A DNA stretch of 64,000 nt from Antedon mediterranea (Eukaryota > Animalia > Echinodermata): NCBI RefSeq assembly GCF_964355755.1, contig NC_092676.1, positions 12,030,671-12,094,670 on the forward strand. Direction: 5' to 3'. Positions 14,613-24,321 of this stretch are shown here, piece after piece. The notes below the pieces were generated by a model. It was not told the DNA's origin, made no database searches, and saw only the letters and a list, made by a program, of their open reading frames with translations. How positions within the stretch are numbered: the first letter of the stretch is position 1; the number at the start of each line of letters is the position of its first letter. The position numbers and the translations under genes are program-made.

Positions 14613-16977
14613 AAGTGTATTACGTAATTCATCATTACGTCATAAATATCTTATTAACCTTGTTAAAACGAAAATGGCGAGTTAGCTCAGACGACTGAAC
14701 GTCGTGTTGACAACACGTATGTCATGGGTTCGATTCCCACGCTGGTCGGTGGAATAGAGTTAAAGGTATGCGACCAACTGTGTTTGGGGTTCACAGAATG
14801 TACGTCCCCCTTTCCACCACACATCTTGAGAAGGCACTAGCAATGCATGTGGTGGAAATGACCCCAAGGCTGTGGCAGGGCCTTAGTGCTGAGGCAAGGA
14901 GAGCACATTTCTAAATTTTTTTTTTGGCTTTCGCTACATGTATTTGATCTCGTAAATTTTATGTTTAGCGCCTCAATTTAATGTAAAAAGAAATTAATTT
15001 ATCTTCGTTACGTGTATAGAAGAGAATGTATGTCTCACCGTAGTTTGGTATGCCGTTTGTTATTATGCAAATGAGTTTTTGCAGGTGTAGTCGGAAAGAT
15101 GGTATTGTTAGTAATTCGCGGTCAACACGCCACACTGTTGAATTTTGATTTTGTAATGAATGTTGCTACATTGGTAGCGAAATGTCCGATTCATGCAAGA
15201 TATTGTATTGTAATATGTTATCAATAAACATTTATGGATGGTAGTTGGTGTGTATGGCCGCACCGTCCCAGAATAAACATGTTTTAAACAGATAGTTTGT
15301 CTCCGATGATTTTTGTATGGGGTTAATGGAGAGTGAAATAGATCAAATATAGAACATTTGCAAAGATGCCGATTTCCAGACCGATTTCGAAACTTAGACT
15401 AATTCCGCCGCCGGGCTAGGCCTTAGGCATATACGAAGTCGAGTTTTTAAAGTAGAAAACTCCACCTAAACTTTTGAATTCGCATCTGGATAGTTGAATT
15501 TTTAACAAATATCATAAATATCATAGGTGATTATGTATGGTAATAAGTATAAGTATAAGTGCAATTCTGGGGGTATTGACAAACTGCAAGCCATGGATTC
15601 ATTGGATTCATTGGAGTCAACGGCCCACGTGACCATGTTAATTGCAATTCAAGCGAGTCAGTACGAAGTGTAACTGCACTATTGTACCAAAAGTGCGAGG
15701 CACCATAAAACATATTAAATAATTTTAATATAAATTAGTATGTTCATATCAAACATTAGAGGGGAGTACTTAAAAAATAAAATCATTATTTTATGTTATG
15801 TTGTTCTAAACATACCGTACTACTACCTACTGTACTACTAAAATAAAGTCAAGCCTGCCTGCTGCCCCCTTCTTGTTGGTCAGTCTCGCTTGTAGTTATT
15901 TTTTCCAAAATGTCTCCCGCCGGCCCACCACACAGCCCAGGCCTAGTAATTTTAATATAATATAGCCTAGGGCTTCCTACTAGTAGATGATATTTTGTTT
16001 AAAAAAATACATTTCACAAGACTTAGATTTAAAATATCCGTAATCCACTGTGTTCGTCCATTGTTGACAGCGTTGATAAAGAAGCTACTGCCAGGCCTAG
16101 ACTGTACTAAGCATACAGCGAATAGCCGTCTCTACTCCGGCGGGTGGGCTACCGTATACTATAGGGCCTAGGCTAGGCTAGCTAGCTAGGCTTCTTAGAC
16201 GGTGACCAGGCACAATCTAAAACTAACTGTAAACATCGAAGTTGCATCTGGATATTCAAAATTGTTAACATAATTACATTAACGGTAGGTGATTCATAAA
16301 TGTTTATGAATTGTACACAAATATTAACGAAGGCTTATTATTATAAGGCTTGCACTTGTTGGTATTTTTTCCGTTGAATTACCGTAGTGGATTGCATGCA
16401 TTGCGTGGATTGCGTGCATTATGACTGCATTGCGTGCCTCGTTGACACGCACTTTGGCAACACTCCAATTCTGGGCTCTATTTTCATTATTAGCTCTGCC
16501 CCAAACATGGTGGGCTAGTAGGCCTACTGGAGACCTAATATTTAATTTCATATTTCAATGAATAGGTGCACTTTCCGGGGACAAGCTCTATTGTCCTTGT
16601 TAGTCTTATATATTTTGTTTCATATAATTTCAAATCATGTAAAGTACCAATTTCAGGCGGGAGTCTGTGCAACTCTATTTTTTTTTATTTTAAACAGTTT
16701 GGTATGCCGTCGTGGTTGTTATGCAAATGAGCTTGTGCACGTGTATTATGGGGAAGATAATATGTTAATCATTAGCGGTCAACACGCAACACTGCTAAAT
16801 TTTGATGCTGTTAATATTTACATTAGAATATTGTTCAAATCATGTAAATAAAACATTTTCCGGGCGGGAACCCAGCAGCTCTCGAAAAGAACTCCAGGTG
16901 GAAAAGAAGCTCACACATGAGTACTGAATATGAAGGAGCACATTGGCTTCTTTTGGAGTCTTTTTACATGTATTTGA
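14613..16977. repeat. Complete ~2.4 kb macro-repeat spacer
   Basis: 14613-16224 is repeated at 21495-24321 (interrupted there by HINE-A) and 16299-16977 is repeated at 1-691. Confidence 0.93.
14676..14925 (+). mobile_element. tRNA-headed SINE-like / Pol III unit (head 14676-14748, ~170 bp body, T-run end)
   Basis: A 73-nt tRNA-like head (GGCGAGTTAGCTCAG...GGGTTCGATTCCC) has no terminator right after it. A GC-richer body with inverted repeat TTTCCACCAC/GTGGTGGAAA follows, ending at a T10 run. Confidence 0.55.
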
Positions 16978-19900
16978 TTTCAAAAACAATATCTATTTTC
17001 AATTAAAAAAAAATAATAATAAAAAAATAAAAATATCCGTAGAGGTTCGAACCCAATGCTGAGAGCACACAAACTTGAGCATTATCCGTTACGCCACAAA
17101 CCAGTAGATGACTGAAGAGCTGATAATACTCTATTTATATGAAATGAATGATCAATCAATGAAAAATAATGTTATGCAACTTTCTGATTTTAAAAAAGGT
17201 CCACTTTTTTAGGTCTGACATTTACAACCTTCAAAATATCTAACTTTCAAAAACAATATTTATTTTCAATTAAAAAAAAAAGAGAAAAAATATCCCTAGA
17301 GGTTCGAAACCACTATTGAGAGCACTCAAACCTGAGCATTACCCGTTACGCCACAAATCAGTAGATGACTGAAGAGCTGATAGAAGTCTATTTATATGAA
17401 TGGATGATCAATCAATGAAAAATAATGCTATGCAACTTTATTTCTGATTTTTAAAAAGGTCCACTTGGTTAGGCATGACATTTACAACCATAAAAATATC
17501 TCACTATCAAAAACAATATTTATTTTCAATTAAAAAAAAAAAGAAATAAATATTCCTAGAGGTTCGAACCGACTACTGAGAGAACTCAAACCTGAGCATT
17601 CCCGGTTACGCTTCAACAACTGAGTGATGAGATGAGTGAAGAGCTGATAATAGTCTATTTATATGAAATGAATGATCAATCAATGAAAAATAATGTTATG
17701 CAACTTTGTTTCTGATTTTAAAAAAGGTCCACTTGTTTAGGCCTGACATTTACAACTATAACAATATCTCACTTTCAAAAACAATATTTATTATAAAAAA
17801 AAGAAAAAAAGAAAAGCAATTTCCCTAGAAGTTGGAACCCGCTACTGAGAGCACGCAAACCTGGGTATTACCCGTTACGCCACAAACCAGTAGATGACTG
17901 AAGAGCTGATAATATGAAATTAATGATCAATCAATGAAAAATAATGCCATGCAACTTTGTTTCTGATTTTAAAAAAGGTCCACTTCTTTAGGCCTGACAT
18001 TTACAACCCTCAAAATATCTCATTTTCAAACAAAATATTTATTTTCAATTAAAAAAAAAAGAAAAATGAAATATCACTAGAGGTTCGAACCCACTACTGA
18101 GAGCACTCAGACCTGAGTAGTACCCGTTACGCCACAAACCAGTAGATGACTGAAGAGCTGATAATATGAAATGAATGATCAATCAATGAAAAATAATGTT
18201 ATGCAACTTTGTTTCTGATTTTAAAAAAGGTCCACTTGTTTAGGCCTGACATTTACAACTATAACAATATCTCACTTTCAAAAACAATATTTATTTTCAA
18301 ATAAAAAAAAAAAAGCAATATCCCTAGAAGTTGAAACCCGCTACTGAGAGCACTCAAGCCTGGGTATTACCCGTTACGCCACAAACCAGTAGATGATTGA
18401 AGAGCTGATAATATGAAATTAATGATCAATCAATGAAAAATAATGCCATGCAACTTTGTTTCTGATTTTAAAAAAGGTCCATTTGTTTAGGCCTGACATT
18501 TACAACCCTCAAAATATCTCACTTTCAAACAAAATATTTATTTTCAATAAAAAAAAAAGCAAAAAGAAATATCCCTAGAGGTTCGAACCCACTACTGAGA
18601 GCACTCAGACCTGAGTAATACCCGTTACGCCATAAACCAGTAGATGACTGAGGAGCTGATAATAGTCTATTTATATAAAATGAATGATCAATCAATGAAA
18701 AATAATGCCATGTAACTTTGTTTCTGATTTTAAAAAAGGTCCACTTGTTTAGGCCTGACATTTACAACCCTCAAAATATCTCATTTTCAAACAAAATATT
18801 TATTTTCAATTAAAAAAAAAGCAAAAAGAAATATCCCTAGAGGTTCGAACCCACTACTGAGAGCACTCGGACCTAAGTATTACCCGTTACGCCATAAACC
18901 AGTAGATGACTGAGGAGCTGATAATAGTCTATTTATATAAAATGAATGATCAATCAATGAAAAATAATGCCATGCAACTTTGTTTCTGATTTTAAAAAAG
19001 GTCCACTTGTTTAGGCCTGACATTTACAACCCTCAAAATATATCACTTTCAAAAACAATAATTATTTTTAATTAAAAAAAAAAAAAAAAAAATCTTTAGA
19101 GTTGCAAACCCACTACTGCGAGCACTCAAACTTCAGCATTACCCGCTACGCCACAAACCAGTAGATGACTGAAGAGCTAATAATACTCTATTTATAGGAA
19201 ATGAATAATAAATCAATGAAAAATAATGCCATGCAACTTTGTTTCTGATTTTAAAAAAGATCCATTTGTTTAGGCCTGACATTTACAACCCTCAAAATAT
19301 CTCATTCTCAAAAAAAATATTTATTTTAAATAAGAAAAAAAAAGCAATATCACTAGAGGTTGGAACCCGCTACTAAGAGCACTCAAACCTGGGTATTACC
19401 CGTTACGCCACAAACCAGTAGATGACTGAAGTGCTGATAATATGAAATTAATGATCAATCAATGAAAAATAATGCCATGCAATTTTGTTTCTGATTTTAA
19501 AAAAGGTCCACTTCTTTAGGCCTGACATTTACAACCCTCAAAATATCTCATTTTTAAAAAAAAAATTATTTTCAATTAAAAAAAAAAAGAAAAAAAAATA
19601 TCCTTAGAGGTTCGAACCCACTACTGAGAGCACTCAGACCTGAGTATTACCCGTTACGCCACAAACCAGTAGATGACCGAGGAGCTGATAATAGTCTATT
19701 TATATGAAATGAATGATCAATCAATGAAAAATAATGTTATGCAACTTTGTTTCTGATTTTAAAAAAGGTCCACTTCTTTAGGCCTGACATTTACAACCCT
19801 CAAAATATCTCATTTTCAAACAAAATATTTATTTTCAATTAAAAAAAAAAGCCAAAAGAAATATCCCTAGAGGTTCGAACCCACTACTGAGAGCACTCAG

Positions 19901-21494
19901 ACCTGAGTATTACCCGTTACGCCATAAACCAGTAGATGACTGAGGAGCTGATAATAGTCTATTTATATAAAATGAATGATCAATCAATGAAAAATAATGC
20001 CATGCAACTTTGTTTCTGATTTTAAAAAGGTCCACTTCTTTAGGCCTGACATTTACAACCCTCAAAATATCTCATTTAAAAAAAATATTTATTTTCAATA
20101 AGAAAAAAAAAAGCAATATCCCTAGAGGTTGGAACCCGCTACTGAGAGCACTCAAACCTGGGTATTACCCTTTACGCCACAAACCAGTAGATGACTGAAG
20201 AGCTGATAATATGAAATTAATTATCAATAAATGAAAAATAATGCCATGCAACTTTGTTTCTGATTTTAAAAAAGGTCCACTTCTTTAGGCCTGACATTTA
20301 CAACCCTCAAAATATCTCATTTTCAAAAAAAATATTTATTTTCAATTTAAAAAATAAAGAAAAAAGTAATATCCCTAAAGGTTCGAACCTACTACTGAGA
20401 GCACTCACACATGAGTATTACCCGTTACGCCACAAACCAGTAGATGTCTGAGGACCTGATAATAGTCTTTTTATATGAAATTAATGATCAATCAATGAAA
20501 AATAATGCCATGCAACTTTGTTTCTGATTTTAAAAAAGGTCCACTTGTTTAGGCCTGACATAAACAAGCCTCAAAATATCTCACTTTCAAAAACCATATT
20601 TATTTTCAATTTAAAAAAAAAAGAAAAAAAATATCCCTAGAGGTTCAACCCACTACTCAGAGCATTCAAACCTGGGCATTACCCGTTACGCCACAAACCA
20701 GTAGATGACTGATGAGCTGATAATAGTCTATTTATATGAAATGAATGATCAATCAATGAAAAATAATGCCATGCAACTTTGTTTCCTATTTTAAAAAAGA
20801 TCCATTTGTTTTGGCCTGACATTTAAAACCATCAAAATATCTCATTTTCAAAAGAAAAAAATTATTTTCAATAAGAAAAAAAAAGCAATATCCCTAGAGG
20901 TTGGAACCCGCTACTGAGAGCACTCAAACCTGGGTAGTACCCGTTACGCCACAAACCAGTAGATGACTGAAGAGCTGATAATATGAAATTAATGATCAAT
21001 CAATGAAAAATTAATACCATGCAACTTTGTTTCTGATTTTAAAAAAGGTCCACTTCTTCAGGCCTGACATTTACAACCCTCAAAATATTTCATATTCATA
21101 CAAAATATTTATTTTCAATTTAAAAAAAAAAATAAAAATGTCCCAAGAGGTTCAAACCCACTACTGAGAGAACTCAAACCTGAGCATTACCGGTTACGCC
21201 ACAAACCAGTAGATGACTGAAGAGATCATAATAGTCTATTTATATGAATGGATGATCAATCAATGAAAAATAATGCTATGCAACTTTATTTCTGATTTTT
21301 AAAAAGGTCCACTTGGTTAGGCATGACATTTACAACCATAAAAATATCTCACTATCAAAAACAATATTTGTTTTCAAAAAAAAAAAAATATCCTTACATG
21401 TTCGAACCCACTACTGGGAGCACTCAAAACTGAGCATTACCCGTTATGCCATAAAGTAGTACACGACAGAACAGTTTATAATAGTCTATTTATA
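16978..21494 (-). repeat. tRNA-derived satellite array 2 (about 18 units)
   Basis: Same monomers as array 1; the first three and the last monomers match the corresponding monomers of array 1. Confidence 0.93.
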
Positions 21495-21556
21495 AGTGTA
21501 TTACGTAATTCATCATTACGTCATAAATATCATATTAACCTTGTTAAAACGAAAAT

Positions 21557-21629
21557 GGCGAGTTAGCTCAGACGACTGAGCGTCGTGTTGACAACACGTA
21601 TGTCGTGGGTTCGATTCCCACGCTTGTCG
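21557..21629 (+). tRNA. tRNA-like cloverleaf with GAC anticodon on a tRNA-Ile-like body; probably a SINE head or pseudogene
   Basis: Acceptor GGCGAGT/GCTTGTC (three G-U pairs), D-stem GCTC/GAGC, anticodon arm TCGTG-TTGACAA-CACGT, T-arm GTGGG-TTCGATT-CCCAC; the D-loop lacks the invariant GG. Confidence 0.55.
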
Positions 21630-22615
21630 GTGGAATGGAGTTAAAGGTATGCGACCAACTGTGTTTGGGGTTCACAGAATTTACGTCCCCCTTTCCACCA
21701 CACATCTTGAGAAGGCACTGGCAATGCATCTGGTGATGATGTGGTGGAAATGACCCCAATGCTGTGGCAGGGCATTAGTGCTGATGCAAGGAGAGCACAT
21801 TTTTAATTTTTTTTTTGGCTTTCGCTACATGTATTTGATCTCGTAAATTTTATGTTTAGCGCCCTCAATTTAATGTAAAAAGAAATTAATTTATCTTCGT
21901 TACGTGTATAGAAGAGAATGTATGTCTCACCGTAGTTTGGTATGCCGTTTGTTATTATGCAAATGAGTTTTTGCAGGTGTAGTCGGAAAGATGGTATTGT
22001 TAGTAATTCGCGGTCAACACGCCACACTGTTGAATTTTGATTTTGTAATGAATGTTGCTACATTGGTAGCGAAATGTCCGATTCATGTAAGATATTGTAT
22101 TGTAATATGTTATCAATAAACATTTATGGATGGTAGTTGGTGTGTATGGCCGCACCGTCCCAGAATAAACATGTTTTAAACAGATAGTTTGTCTCCGATG
22201 ATTTTTGTATGGGGTTAATGGAGAGTGAAATAGATCAAATATAGAACATTTGCAAAGATGCCGATTTCCAGACCGATTTCGAAACTTAGACTAATTCCGC
22301 CGCCGGGCTAGGCCTTAGGCATATACGAAGTCAAGTTTTTAAAGTAGAAAACTCCACCTAAACTTTTGAATTCGCATCTGGATAGTTGAATTTTTAACAA
22401 ATATCATAAATATCATAGGTGATTATGTATGGTAATAAGTATAAGTATAAGTGCAATTCTGGGGGTATTGACAAACTGCAAGCCATGGATTCATTGGATT
22501 CATTGGAGTCAACGGCCCACGTGACCATGTTAATTGCAATTCAAGCGAGTCAGTACGAAGTTTAACTGCACTATTGTACCAAAAGTGCGAGGCACCATAA
22601 AACATATTAAATAAT

Positions 22616-23827
22616 TGGTTATCCGCACTTGGCGGATAACCCCTTGTTATTGTCAGGATCTTTTTCTATGTTCTTCTTTCTTTCCACGATTTTTGTTCGC
22701 AGCGTATCTCTAATTCTGGCCAACATATGATTGTATAACTTTGTCAAAAGATTGCTCTGTAGCTGTAGATGTGCAAGAAACTTTTTTTTTTTAATTTTGA
22801 GTCGCGCAGCGTAAGTTACGCGCGATTTTATGAATTTCAATGATTGATCATAGATTAAAAATGAAAAGTCATTTTCTATTGAAACTTGGTGAAAATTTAA
22901 GTCATATCATGCACAAACTTTCTATGGATTAAAAATGGCATGTTTTACAAAAAGTTACGCGTGCACGCGCGTTTAAAATTTCAAAATGCGAAAAATCAAT
23001 TTCTAATCAACTTTCTACGCGTTTCATGTCATTTTGAGCATTTCAAAAATTCCCACGCGTGCGCAATTTTTTTACGCGCACGTGCGCACGTAGCGCAAAA
23101 ACATCATTTTTTTGCTTGATTTTTGTTTTTTCTGTCTTTTTTAGAAAATTTACCAACTTTCAAACAATTTCGACTTAAAATCACGTCATACGAGCACGTA
23201 GAATTAAACAATTTACGCTCATTTTTTATGAAAAAGTTCAAAAATTTGTCAAAATTATGCCTTTTTTTAAACAGTCATAGATTCTAAACTACGTGGTGAA
23301 CTTTTTTATAATTACATATTCTGGTAGTAGATGAGTTGTAGATATCGAATCATGCATCAATATGGCTAACCGGACATTGTGACGTCATCGTATGGCCACT
23401 CGAATATAAAATAGCGGATTTTTATCTCTTTCGTCATAGCTCATCACATTTAATAGAGCGCCTCTCCACCTATCCGTATTCCATTTCCTCCCATTTTTTT
23501 ATATTGTCTAGGCCAATCAATTATCTTTCGCATGATATACCGTTTTTAAAATTGTGATGAAGTCATCATGTCCAAAAGCGTCAATAACTTGAGCCACTTA
23601 TTTCCACCTATTCTTCCTTGTTTGTAGTACGTATACAATATATATATTGTATATATATATAGTGTAAACTGTATATACTTAGACGTGACGCAAAATAGAG
23701 AGCGCACTAACATTTTTTTCAATGGCATAATAGTTTTTCTGCGCGCACTATTCTAACGTATGACGTGCACGTGGCTTTTGCGCTGCGGATAACCTAACTC
23801 GTCCGTAGTGACGAGTTCAAATCTAGT
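22616..23827 (+). mobile_element. Solo full-length non-autonomous Helentron (HINE), family A, 1212 bp
   Basis: 5' end T-GGTTATCCGC-acttg-GCGGATAACC (subTIR plus IR hairpin), then a T/TC-rich tract. 3' end GCGGATAACC (subTIR), AACTCGTC-cgtagt-GACGAGTT hairpin, caaatCTAGT. The empty paralogous site at 15723-15726 (TTTT) indicates insertion into a T-run. Confidence 0.93.
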
Positions 23828-24321
23828 TTTAATATAAATTAGTATGTTCATATCAAACATTAGAGGGGAGTAATTAAAAAATAAAATCATTATTTTATGT
23901 TATGTTGTTCTAAACATACCGTACTACTACTGTACTACTAAAATAAAGTCAAGCCTGCCTGCTGCTCCCTTCTTGTTGGTCAGTCTCGCTTGTAGTTATT
24001 TTTTCTAAAATGTCCCCCGCCGGCCCACCACACAGCCCAGGCCTAGTAATTTTAATATAATATAGCCTAGGGCTTCCTACTAGTAGATGATATTTTGTTG
24101 AAAAAAATACATTTCACAAGACTTAGATTTAAAATATCCGTAATCCACTGTATTCGTCCATTGTTGACAGCGTTGATAAAGAAGCTACTGCCAGGCCTAG
24201 ACTGTACTAAGCATACAGCGAATAGCCGTCTCTACTCCGGCGGGCGGGCTACCGTATACTATAGGGCCTAGGCTAGGCTAGCTAGCTAGGCTTCTTAGAC
24301 GGTGACCAGGCACAATCTAAA

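Larger units (their letters stand above)
21495..24321. repeat. Third macro-repeat spacer copy, interrupted by solo HINE-A and cut off by the HINE-A array
   Basis: Colinear with 14613-16224 once 22616-23827 is removed; homology stops at cacaatctaaaacta. Confidence 0.92.

Noticed and set aside
1507-20451. Short ORFs (60-78 aa) in the satellite, e.g. MFLILKK...PLRHKPVDD
   Set aside because: They are chance readings of single monomers; frames depend on homopolymer length and many start at TTG.
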